From an uncultured cyanobacterium (GTDB taxonomy: Bacteria > Cyanobacteriota > Cyanobacteriia > Leptolyngbyales > Leptolyngbyaceae), in NCBI GenBank assembly GCA_963766075.1, contig CAVYAN010000012.1:37507-101506 (forward strand): a stretch of 64,000 nt of DNA. Direction: 5' to 3'. Shown one piece after another: positions 42,741 through 52,216 of the stretch. The position numbers and the translations under genes were made by a program. Below the pieces are notes generated by a model, which worked only from the letters and a program-made list of their open reading frames with translations, was not told where the DNA came from and did not search any database. Every line of letters begins with the position of its first letter. Within the stretch, counting starts at the first letter, position 1.

Positions 42741-43010
42741 CTAGGGAAAGTATCGATAAAATTCGCAACGATGCATGACTCGCATGAGTTCGAGCTCATT
42801 ATCGTGGAGTCTGAAGCCAAGGCGGTAATCTCCTAGTCGAATGCGGTAATGGCCGGGATAGCCAACCATGGCTTTGATGTTGGGGATGTCTTGCAGCTTG
42901 GCTAATTCCGGTAAGGTGTTGAAGGCGAGGTCATGGATGCGATCGTACAGATCGGTTTTCTTGAGCTTTTTGAGGTCTTTCAAAAACAGCTGACGATAGA
43001 CAACCTTCAC
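42741..43010 (-). CDS. RelE/ParE family toxin
   Basis: FLKDLKKL...YRIRLGDYRLG...HRCEFYRYFP. Confidence 0.88.
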   Translation of the reverse strand: MKVVYRQLFLKDLKKLKKTDLYDRIHDLAFNTLPELAKLQDIPNIKAMVGYPGHYRIRLGDYRLGFRLHDNELELMRVMHRCEFYRYFP

Positions 43011-43237
43011 TCTGAGAGTGCCTCCAGATAGGCGAGAGCTGCTTCTCGATCAAGCAATGGAGTTGTTTCTGCTTCAATCATGGCTTGGTGGAGGCAGTAG
43101 TCTTCAATCGCGTCGGTAAAGTCTTCAGGCGTGGGTTGAGTCGTGAGTCCGGGAAAGAGCTTACGCCAGAGGTCGATGGGGATGACGACGGCTGTGGGCT
43201 GTCCGGTGGCATCGGTGAGGTATTCCAGGTCAAACAT
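43007..43237 (-). CDS. putative antitoxin
   Basis: YLTDATGQPTAVVIPIDLW...IEDYCLHQAM; overlaps the toxin start. Confidence 0.75.
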   Translation of the reverse strand: MFDLEYLTDATGQPTAVVIPIDLWRKLFPGLTTQPTPEDFTDAIEDYCLHQAMIEAETTPLLDREAALAYLEALSE

Positions 43238-43392
43238 GGGAACCTTGGCGGATGGGAATACTTTTATTATGCCTGATCGCCTGTGGTCGATGGTGCTGCG
43301 GAAGCCAGGGCGATCGCGGCTCTGAATCCCAATCTAGAGATTGCAGTGCCTCAGGAATTTCTCATGACTAGGAACGAGAGAATCTCTCCAGC

Positions 43393-43683
43393 TTACAGAA
43401 ACAGCTTTGGCAAATCCCGCCTTCCACTCAGAACACGCAAAATTTCAATCTCATCTTCTAAAAGCCGATAAAAAATGACGTATCCAGACCAAGAAATTCC
43501 ACGCAAACCCGTTTTCAAGTCATCGTAAGCCTTACCACTCATGGGGAAAGCAGCGATTTGTTGGCATTTATGGTCGAATTCTTGCAAAAATCGATCGGCT
43601 AAATCCAAATCCAAGTTGGCTCGATATTCTGCAATCGCTTCAAGGTCACGGACGGCTCGGCTATTGAGAACGTATCGGCTCAT
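43393..43683 (-). CDS. parE: ParE family toxin
   Basis: AVRDLEAIAEY...FPMSGK...YVIFYR...ILRVLSGRRDL. Confidence 0.9.
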   Translation of the reverse strand: MSRYVLNSRAVRDLEAIAEYRANLDLDLADRFLQEFDHKCQQIAAFPMSGKAYDDLKTGLRGISWSGYVIFYRLLEDEIEILRVLSGRRDLPKLFL

Positions 43684-43940
43684 GGTTTACTTTGCTTGGC
43701 GACCTGTAGGCGGTGTCGAAGCTGATTGATAAAGGTGGGACCGTCGATCGCGGGTTCGGTTGCGGCATAGGCTTCGTCGATCGCGGGCCGGATATTTTCT
43801 AGCCAGTCTGCTTGTGTCGTTTCATGATCTTGGAGAAGTTGCAGGGCGGTGGCGAGAACTTCTTCGGCACTTTGGTATTGACCGGTTTGGACTCGAGACT
43901 GAATGAATTGTTCTTGGTCTGGGGTGAGGTGGATAGTCAT
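43680..43940 (-). CDS. parD: ParD family (RHH) antitoxin
   Basis: MTIHLTPDQEQFIQSRVQTGQYQSAEEV. Confidence 0.88.
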   Translation of the reverse strand: MTIHLTPDQEQFIQSRVQTGQYQSAEEVLATALQLLQDHETTQADWLENIRPAIDEAYAATEPAIDGPTFINQLRHRLQVAKQSKP

Positions 43941-44016
43941 GGGGTGGGGCGATCGCGATGGGGCCGTGTCTTTGCATTATAGCAAGGGCGATCGCGGCTT
44001 TTTGGGACCGCAGAAC
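43905..44016 (-). repeat. 112-bp direct repeat copy 2 with extended -10 (TGCTATAAT) between two HIP1 sites
   Basis: Matches 42567-42678. Confidence 0.9.
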
Positions 44017-44074
44017 GGCTTCCTAGCGAAGGGAGGCGTCCACGGATAATCGTCATGTCCCAGTTATGGGGTGA

Positions 44075-44327
44075 ATGGGGCGATGTTTCGGCGCGGCGGC
44101 TACATCCACCCTAACTGCGGGCAACTTGACCCACCGCTCTACTAAGCCACCCCATCCGGTTTGATTTTCGGATATTGGCGGACTGACATCGCGGGAGCAG
44201 GTCTGGACTCTTCGAGGACACGCTCGCACCATTCCCCTGGCCCGACTCTGGAAATGAAGAGTACTGGGAACTACCGACGCCACACACCACCACCCGAGAA
44301 CCGCAATTGTTGTTGCGGTTGGCAGAA
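44075..44327 (-). repeat. second, truncated copy of DGR TR 3' part + downstream spacer
   Basis: Highly similar to 45169-45446, with an internal deletion between the repeated CGCAAC units. Confidence 0.88.
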
Positions 44328-44524
44328 GGGAAAACTTACGCCGCGTAGTAATAGGCAATACAGCATTCTCTCAATAGAATCGATCGGCGCATATCGTAGA
44401 TTAACTTAATATTTACTTAATACTTATTTTAACCACCACGCCGCCGGGTGTGGTTAGAGTGGTCGATGAGTAACGATGAGTTTAAATTTTGAGTTTTAAA
44501 TTTTGAGTTCTAAATCTTAGGAGA

Positions 44525-45039
44525 ATGCCAATGCGATCGTTACACCCCCTGTGGTTTGTCAGTAGCATCATTTGTCTAAATTTAGGGTGGGCCCAACTGC
44601 CAGCAACTGCCAAAGATGCCGCCGCCCCAGAAACTCCTGCTCTGCTGCCGCCCAAGAGCCTGCTGCTGTCCCCCACGTCTACCCGCCAGAAGTGCTCAAG
44701 CAACTCAGCGAAATGAACGGTAACTGCGAGGCTAACGAGGCGAAGCAGCAGCTCTGTAAATGCACCATTAACGAAATTCAAACGCGATATACGGCTGACG
44801 AATTTATTGCCCTCATGAGTGAGAAAAACGCGCAGCCGAGCACCTTGTCTGCGATGCCGACGCCAACCGGCAATATGCTGAAGGATGCTCTAGCGACCAA
44901 AGCATGGTTAGAGCAGAATGGCTTAGCCACCAGTGACGGCACTCCGACTAGCGGTTCTATGGACAGGATGCTGTCAATCTCTATGCCCGCTCCGATCGCC
45001 GCGATTATGCAAAGTTGTCAAGAAAAAGTCACTAAATAA
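44525..45039 (+). CDS. secreted Cys-containing hypothetical protein, probably frameshifted at about 44645
   Basis: Signal-like MRSLHPLWFVSSIICLNLGWAQLPATA in one frame; YPPEV...C...CKCTINEIQ..YTADEF in another. Confidence 0.55.
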
Positions 45040-45356
45040 CGGGTTCGGCAGGAATCGCTGACAGCGTCATTAATTTCACCGACACGCCATTCGATCCATA
45101 GCCTCCTAGGCTACATTCCCAAACGGGAGCTTGGGAGCGCGGTTAAACGAGGGAATGCCGGGGGTTAGATGGGGCGATGTTTCGGCGCGGCGGCTACATC
45201 CACCCTAACTCGGGCAACTTGACCCACCGCTCTACTAAGCCACCCCATCCGGTTTGATTTTCGGATATCGGCGGACCGACATCGCGGGAGCAGGTCTGGA
45301 CTCTTCGAGGACACGCTCAGACCATTCCCATGGCCCGACTCTGGAAATGAAGAGTA

Positions 45357-45486
45357 CTGGGGGAACCACCGACGCCACACACCACGACCCGAAAACCGCA
45401 ATTGTGGTTGCGATTCCCGCGCGTATTGTGGTTGCGGTTGGCAGAACGGCAATACACAGGATTGTTGATCCAAGAACCGCCGCGCC
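45357..45486 (-). ncRNA. DGR template repeat (TR), followed by a spacer to about 45169
   Basis: 130-nt ungapped match to VR; AAC/AAT-rich; 13 of 14 mismatches at TR adenines. Confidence 0.92.
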
Positions 45487-45562
45487 CGTTTCTACCTCCT
45501 GCCCCAGCCTTTACCCTAGGGGACAATGGGCCGGAGTGCCCCAAACGTATTAAAAATTTTCG

Positions 45563-45581
45563 ATCCGCGCAGGGCGCGGAT
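45563..45581. promoter_or_regulatory. DGR target-recognition hairpin downstream of VR/IMH
   Basis: ATCCGCGC-AGG-GCGCGGAT, 8-bp GC-rich stem, about 45 nt after the target stop. Confidence 0.75.
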
Positions 45582-45623
45582 AACGGAGGGCAAAGGGGAA
45601 AAGAGCAAGAGTGTAAAGGGATA

Positions 45624-47606
45624 CTAAAGAACCCTGGGGGAACCACCGACGCCACACACCACGACCCGAAAACCGCAATAGTGGAGGCGAAGCCCGCGCG
45701 TAACGTGGTTGCGGGCGGCAGAACGGCAATCCACAGGATCGAGGAACCAAGAACCGCCGCGCCTTATTTTATACTCAGTATTTCCTCCGGCAAGCCAAGC
45801 TGTTCCGTCGCTGGGCGCGTTCTGGTAATTGTCGTGCCAGTTATCCTCGCACCATTCCCAGACGTTGCCATGACAGTCAAACAGCCCCCAGGCATTGCCC
45901 GGAAAACTGCCGACAGGGGTGGTTTGCTTGGCGAAATTCACCCAGTTCCCTCGACCATACTTACGGAATAGGTGGTGCCTTCATATTTCCAATCTTGTGC
46001 GTCGATAATTGGCGATCGCCGCATCAATCGTGTCTCCAAAGTGAAACGGCGTAGTCGTTCCGGCCCGACAGGCATATTCCCACTCGGCTTCACTGGGCAA
46101 GCGATAGCGTTTCCCGGTGTGGGCGGTGAGGCGATCGCAAAACTCCACCGCATCGTCCCAGGACACTTGTTCAACGGGGCGATCATCACCCTTAAAGTTT
46201 GATGGATCGGGATTTAATTCCCGCTGCTGTTGCTTGAGGCTGGCGACGGCCCGCCACTGGGCTTGGGTGACGGGATATTTGCCGATGAAGAAGTCGGGCA
46301 CGGTGACGCGATGAATCGGCTTTTCATCGTCATATTCATTCGATCCCATGTCGAAGCTGCCGCCGCGAATCTGCACTAAGTCGAGGGCGACACCGTTGAT
46401 GGTTTCGCGGTAGTAGTGGGCGGTGCCAGAGTGTTTTTGGATCTTGAGTTTCGCATCAATAGTGGCGTATTCAAACTTGAAGGTGGGAAGGGCGGTTGGC
46501 GCTCCCTCCGCTTTCTGGTCCCCCCCTTTTGAAGGGGGGCGAGGGGGGATCACCACGCTGGGCGAGGAGTCAGCGATCGGCTGCGTTCCAGATTTTGATC
46601 CCCCTAAATCCCCGCGCTGTCGCGCCGCTTCGCTAGTAAAAAGGGGGAGTTCAGACGTAGGTTGGGGCTGAGGGCTAGGCGACGGGGTGGGTTGTCTTAA
46701 CTTCAGCGTCAACTCAACAATCTCATCGAGCGCCTCACGGATCCAACGCCCCGACTGGCAATATTCACCCGTAGCCAACATTGCAAAGCCAACCGCAAAT
46801 CTCCCCGATTCTCCGCCCGAAACGCATCCATCTTCAGCATGTCCAAATCCTCCGGGCGGGCATGGGTGGGCATCAGAATCAAGTGGGATTTGCTGATCGG
46901 TTCCGCAATGGCATAGGGCACCTGCTGCGCGCGATCGCCCACACACTCCCGCACCACCTCCGGCACTCGCCGCTGCAAATACGCATCCAACCGCGCCACC
47001 GTCGCACAGCGCCCCTGCACCCCCAACCCCTCCAGCAGCACCTTGGTAAACGCCCCCTGCCCATAGCTCGGCAACTCATAGGAAAACTGATTCGGACTAC
47101 AGGAAAACAAACTAATCACCCCCGTCTGCCGACAACCACTCCTGCGTCTCGTCGCCAATGCCTTTGCCATCCTTAATGCCACCACTGCGACAGGCATCCA
47201 AAATCATCACCACATTGTCCGCCCCACAGCCCCGCAGCCACTCCGAAATCTGCGCCGTCGCAATCCCCGACTCAGCAATGTCATCCGGATCGCCATCAAT
47301 CGGCATCAAGAAATCGCGCTCCCCATGGCGCATCCCATGCCCACTAAAAAAGAACCAAAAGTTATCGCCATCGCCCATAAACGGTCGCGCAAACGTATCC
47401 CGCATTACCCGACGCAGATTGTTTCGCGTCGGCTTCATGGCCACCCCATTCACCGCCGGGGCATCCTCCGCGAAATAGTAGACGCGATCGAACTTCGCCT
47501 CCTGCTCCAGAAACGTCTTCACCGCCAATGCATCCTGCTGGGCATACTGGAGCGGTTGCAGAAACTCGTACCGATTCACGCCAATGACGATCGCTTCGCT
47601 AGTCAT
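45624..47606 (-). CDS. caspase-like peptidase C14 + FGE-sulfatase (CLec) DGR target protein; about six apparent indels
   Basis: FSGHG and ILDACR dyad; [48 protein letters not shown]; indels near 47134, 46740, 46004, 45964, 45946, 45930. Confidence 0.85.
45634..45763 (-). repeat. DGR variable repeat (VR) at the 3' end of the caspase-FGE gene
   Basis: Encodes [34 protein letters not shown]. Confidence 0.92.
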
Positions 47607-47992
47607 TCATCCACTCGCTTAAACTTCAGCTTAATCGACCCCTTGGTTTCCGCCTTGCCCCCGGCAATCAGCTTCACTTCCCCACTGGCCGTAATTTCAA
47701 TCGCCATCTCCACCTCCTCCAGCTTCAAGCGTGAAGTCTTGCCCATGGGTGCTTCAGCCGTCGTCAGTTGGGCCTGCTGCTCCGCCTGCCGAAACAACCG
47801 CCCCACCAATCCCAAAAACTGGCCCATCTTCTGTTCCAGTTCCACGACGCTAATCCGCCGCGCCGCCGCGAGCTTGTCCAGCATCCCGTCCCGCAGATTG
47901 CCGCCCTTTCTCACGGCCCCGGTTGGATCAGTGGTTTCGTCCTCACTGACCACGACCCACAAGAATTCGTCGCGATCGTCCGCCATAGCCAT
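47603..47992 (-). CDS. Pepco/Trypco-like peptidase co-occurring small protein
   Basis: LKLEEVEMAIEITASGEVKLIAGGKAETKGSIKLKFKR; ATGA-coupled to the caspase gene. Confidence 0.7.
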   Translation of the reverse strand: MAMADDRDEFLWVVVSEDETTDPTGAVRKGGNLRDGMLDKLAAARRISVVELEQKMGQFLGLVGRLFRQAEQQAQLTTAEAPMGKTSRLKLEEVEMAIEITASGEVKLIAGGKAETKGSIKLKFKRVDE

Positions 47993-48151
47993 AGCCCCAA
48001 CCCATTTCCCCCATCATACCTAGATCTTCCCGCTGATCCGGGAAAAATGGGCGATCGCCCCGCCCACCGCCTACTTCACAGCGTTCTCTGCCCCGAATGC
48101 TCCCGAATGGTCAAGGATTACCATAGGAATATAGAAAAGCCCCCTCCCCCC

Positions 48152-48874
48152 ATGGCAACCCGATTCCCCCCCAAACAGCAACGGCAACTTTTGTGTCAAT
48201 GGACTTTAGTCAACGGAGTCGGCACCATTGCCGCGTCATTTGCAGCACTTTTTCTTTATTCACACCTATGGCTGAGTCGATACGGCAACGGTCCCACAGA
48301 TTGGGTCAACCTGGTCAGGGGCCTCGCCCTTTGCGGTATCACCCAAGGATTAGCGCTAGCTAGCTTGCAAACGCTCCTTTTGTTGGGGGGAAAAGTGGCC
48401 ACGATCCAAAAAGCCAGTCAATGGTTTTTCGCCACAATTGCCTGCATGGGCGTGGGCATGGCCTTGCCCACATATTATGCCTTCTTCATGTCTCTTCCCG
48501 AACCCCTCATAGCCACCCTCCAGGATGTTCGCATTGTCGGGTTAGTGCTGTCCTGGACCTTAGCGGGCCTCGCTTGGGGGGCGATCGCCGCCAGTCATCC
48601 CATGCAAAAAATTCGCTGGGGACTGCTCAATGCCGGAGCCTATTCCCTTTGGAGCGTAGCGGCGATCGTTGGCTGGTTCTTCCTCATCGCCGCCTTGGAC
48701 GATATCCCCGGAGACGGTACCCCCAGTTTTACCCTCGCCCAGTGGGTCAAAACGTTCTTGTTCGTCACGGTGACATGGAGCCTGGGGAGCGGGCTGAATG
48801 GCTGGATTTTTCACAGGGTACTCCGGAGCGGGTTACGCTACAGGCAACACCCCGAAAATCGGGGCGAAGATTAG
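48152..48874 (+). CDS. hypothetical multi-pass membrane protein
   Basis: About six hydrophobic segments. Confidence 0.6.
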   Translation: MATRFPPKQQRQLLCQWTLVNGVGTIAASFAALFLYSHLWLSRYGNGPTDWVNLVRGLALCGITQGLALASLQTLLLLGGKVATIQKASQWFFATIACMGVGMALPTYYAFFMSLPEPLIATLQDVRIVGLVLSWTLAGLAWGAIAASHPMQKIRWGLLNAGAYSLWSVAAIVGWFFLIAALDDIPGDGTPSFTLAQWVKTFLFVTVTWSLGSGLNGWIFHRVLRSGLRYRQHPENRGED

Positions 48875-48912
48875 CCCTATCCTTCTGAATCAACCCATTA
48901 CAGGCAGCCACC

Positions 48913-49905
48913 ATGAAACAGCTTGAGGGCAAAGTGGCCCTAGTCACCGGGGCTACGCGCGGCGTCGGCAAAGGCATCGCGATCGCCCTGGGCGAAGCCG
49001 GAGCCACCGTTTATATCACCGGGCGCAGCCTCGACCATCCCGGCACAGCCGACAGCCTTTCCGGCAGTTTACGGGAAACAGCCACCGCTGTAGAAAGCGC
49101 TGGGGGGCACTGTATCCCCGTTCAGGTAGACCACGGCGACGATGCCCAGGTGCAAGCCCTGTTCCAGCGGATTCAAACCGAGCAAAACGGCCAACTGGAC
49201 CTGTTGGTCAACAACGCCTACGCCGGAGTTGCCGCCCTAAAAGCCGCCCATGGCAAACCCTTCTGGCAACAAGACCCCAGCCTGTGGGATGCCTGCAACC
49301 ACGTTGGCCTGCGGAGCCACTACATTGCCAGTGTGGCAGCCGCCCGATTGATGAGTCCCCGGCGGCAGGGGTTAATCTGCACTATTTCCTCCTGGGGCGG
49401 CATGTCCTATATTTTTGGTGCAGCCTATGGCGCGGGCAAAGCCGCCTGCGATCGCCTTGCCGCAGACATGGCCACGGAACTCAAACCCGATCAGATTGCC
49501 TCTGTGTCCATCTGGCCCGGAATTGTCGGCACAGAACAGATTTCCCAACTGGCCGACGAAATGGCCGAGGCACAGACCCCATCCGAGCACCGAGGTAGCG
49601 ACCCCGCCGGAATTCGCGATCGCTACAACTGGGAAACCCCCTTACTGACAGGGCGGGTAATTGCCGCCTTGGCTGCCGATCCAACCGTGATGCAACGCAC
49701 GGGGCGTGTGCAAGTGGTGGCAGAACTGGCACAATACTATGGACTCACCGATCAGCAGGGAGTGCGACCCGTTTCACTGCGATCGCTGCGGTTCTTGCTG
49801 CCCTTAGCTGTCCCCCGCCTCAGAAAGCATGCCGCATGGGTGCCCGATCTGCGGATACCCTGGGCACTGCTGCTGTTCACCACCCTGAGATCGCCCCAGA
49901 TTTAA
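48913..49905 (+). CDS. SDR oxidoreductase (DHRS1-like)
   Basis: TGATRGVG, LVNNA, YGAGK. Confidence 0.9.
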   Translation: MKQLEGKVALVTGATRGVGKGIAIALGEAGATVYITGRSLDHPGTADSLSGSLRETATAVESAGGHCIPVQVDHGDDAQVQALFQRIQTEQNGQLDLLVNNAYAGVAALKAAHGKPFWQQDPSLWDACNHVGLRSHYIASVAAARLMSPRRQGLICTISSWGGMSYIFGAAYGAGKAACDRLAADMATELKPDQIASVSIWPGIVGTEQISQLADEMAEAQTPSEHRGSDPAGIRDRYNWETPLLTGRVIAALAADPTVMQRTGRVQVVAELAQYYGLTDQQGVRPVSLRSLRFLLPLAVPRLRKHAAWVPDLRIPWALLLFTTLRSPQI

Positions 49906-49962
49906 TTGCCCCCCATTGCTCAGACGCCCAAAAACTACGCCCAAAAACGACGCCCAAAAACA

Positions 49963-50811
49963 ATGACACAGTTAAACGAAGCCGTAGTGCTGATCACAGG
50001 AGCCGCAGGCGGATTTGGCCAGGAATTAACCCGCCAGTTGTTAGCCGCCAATAGCCACTTGATTCTTACCGATCGCGATGCCGCTGGACTACAAGCCAAT
50101 GTGACCCAGATTCAACAAGCGGTGCCAACGGGGAAGGTATTGGCCTGTCTAGCAGCGGATCTGTCCAGTCGCGAAGGCTGTGAAACCCTGTATCGGGAGG
50201 CGATCGCCCTGGGGGTCGCGATCGACATTGTGATTAACAATGCAGGCATGGGCCTCTTTGGTCGCATGGATGAAGTGCCCAGCGAGCACTGGGAACGCCT
50301 GATGCAGGTTAACCTCCTGGCCCCCATGCGCTTAAGTGCCCTCTTTGCCGCCGATATGATTGCCCGCCGTCGGGGCCATATCGTCAATATTTCTTCCCTC
50401 GCGGGCTGGGTCGCCACAGCCGGGTTGACGCACTATGCCACCAGCAAATTTGGCCTGCGGGGATTCAGCGAAGGGCTGCACCAAGAAGTCAAACCCTACA
50501 ACGTCCAGGTCACGGCGGTCTATCCCTTTTTTAGTCGCACGCCCATTCTCCAGTCCCCCCGCTACGGCACCCTGGCCCAGGGCATGGAAACGGAGGGCTT
50601 AGACGGCTTTCCGCCCCAACTGGCCACGGATCCGGTACGGGTGATGCGGTCTACCCTGCACGGCATTCGCCGCAACCAATTGCACGTTTTTCCGGATGCG
50701 ATCGCCCAAATTTCACAGCACCTCAAACGCTATACCCCGCAACTACTGGGCTGGATCACAGCCACATTCACCCGAAGGTTCACCCATGGTACTCACCAAT
50801 CCCGGCCCTAG
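49963..50811 (+). CDS. SDR oxidoreductase
   Basis: TGAAGGFG, INNAG, YATSK. Confidence 0.9.
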   Translation: MTQLNEAVVLITGAAGGFGQELTRQLLAANSHLILTDRDAAGLQANVTQIQQAVPTGKVLACLAADLSSREGCETLYREAIALGVAIDIVINNAGMGLFGRMDEVPSEHWERLMQVNLLAPMRLSALFAADMIARRRGHIVNISSLAGWVATAGLTHYATSKFGLRGFSEGLHQEVKPYNVQVTAVYPFFSRTPILQSPRYGTLAQGMETEGLDGFPPQLATDPVRVMRSTLHGIRRNQLHVFPDAIAQISQHLKRYTPQLLGWITATFTRRFTHGTHQSRP

Positions 50812-52117
50812 TGCCCTAGCGCAACTGGATACCCGATCCAAGCATTTGATTATCGGGGCGGGCTTTGTCGGTTTGGGCATGGCCCAGGCCCTGCAAGCGG
50901 CCAGTATTCCCTACGACCAAGTCGATGCCAGCGATGCCATTGGCGGTAACTGGCATCACGGCGTCTACGAGACAGCCCACATCATCTCATCCCGCAGGAT
51001 TACCCAATTTACGCACTTTCCCATGCCCGCGCATTATCCGGACTTTCCCAGTGCCCAACAAATGTTGGAATACTTGAATGCTTTTGCCGATCAGTTTGAA
51101 CTCCGTCAACGGATTGAACTCAATCGATTTGTCAAATCAGTTCGCCCCATTGAAGATAACGAATGGGAAGTCATTTTTTCAGACGGTCAGCGGCGAATTT
51201 ATAAAGGCATCCTCCTGTGTAATGGCCATCACTGGAGCGAACGTTTCCCGCAATTTCAAGGCCAATTTAACGGTGAACTCATCCATTCCAAAGCATACAA
51301 ACATCCCGATCAATTACGAGGAAAACGGGTGCTGGTGATTGGGGGCGGCAACTCCGCCTGCGATCTGGCCGCAGAAGCTGCACGGGTAGGCAAAACAGCG
51401 GTGCTGAGTCTGCGCGAATCAGTCTGGTTTATCCCCAAAACCTTTGCCGGAGTGCCGATCGCCGATTTGATTCAGTGGTGGATGCCCGTTTGGTGGCAAC
51501 GGCTGATGGCCTATGGCATTATTCGGCTCAGCTTTGGCCACCATGGGTACTATGGCCTGCCCCAGCCCCAGTACCCCATATTTGATAAGCACCCCACCCT
51601 GAACAATGAAGTGCCCTACTACATCAAACACGGTCGGATCACACCCAAGCCTGGGGTAAAACGGCTCGACGGAGAGCAGGTGGAATTTGTCGATGGCAGT
51701 CGGGCCGCCTTTGACCTGATTGTTTGTGCCACCGGGTTTAACGTTTCCTATCCCTTTTTGCCGCCAGAACTGCAACGGGTCCAAGGGCCGGTAGTCCAAT
51801 GCTACGGGGGAGCCTTTCTGGATGACTACAAAGGACTCTACTACATCGGGTGGGGACAGGCACGCGGGGGCGTGGGCTCACTGATGTCTGCCTATGGGCC
51901 TCGATTTGCCCGGTTGCTTAAACTTCAGGATCAAATCAAGGTGCCTTTAGGACTCGTGTTCAAAACCATGGGACAACAGTTTCCCACCACCCATCTCGCC
52001 GATCCACAGCAGATCTTCAGGCAATTGAAGTTGCTGGATCTGGGGTTTGCTTGGCTAGAAAGGAAAGCGCGTCAGGTGGATGCGCAGCATGCCGAGTTTC
52101 GTAACCACAGACTTTAG
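50786..52117 (+). CDS. flavin-containing monooxygenase
   Basis: IIGAGFVG, FNGELIHSKAYK (FMO motif), VIGGGNSA, CATGF. Confidence 0.92.
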   Translation: MVLTNPGPSALAQLDTRSKHLIIGAGFVGLGMAQALQAASIPYDQVDASDAIGGNWHHGVYETAHIISSRRITQFTHFPMPAHYPDFPSAQQMLEYLNAFADQFELRQRIELNRFVKSVRPIEDNEWEVIFSDGQRRIYKGILLCNGHHWSERFPQFQGQFNGELIHSKAYKHPDQLRGKRVLVIGGGNSACDLAAEAARVGKTAVLSLRESVWFIPKTFAGVPIADLIQWWMPVWWQRLMAYGIIRLSFGHHGYYGLPQPQYPIFDKHPTLNNEVPYYIKHGRITPKPGVKRLDGEQVEFVDGSRAAFDLIVCATGFNVSYPFLPPELQRVQGPVVQCYGGAFLDDYKGLYYIGWGQARGGVGSLMSAYGPRFARLLKLQDQIKVPLGLVFKTMGQQFPTTHLADPQQIFRQLKLLDLGFAWLERKARQVDAQHAEFRNHRL

Positions 52118-52216
52118 AATGGGCGATCGCACATTCACAATTGCGTATACTCATCTGCGTATACTCCAAGATCAACAACAATTTGTCGCGTGCATCATTG
52201 AGTTTGGGGCGACGTC

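Noticed and set aside
44075..45763. CRISPR array or plain segmental duplication
   Set aside because: There is no repeat-spacer periodicity and no cas gene; the adenine-specific mismatches point to a DGR.
41958..48874. Reverse transcriptase or Avd gene near the TR
   Set aside because: No ORF of suitable size with RT motifs (YxDD in RT context) or Avd similarity is visible.
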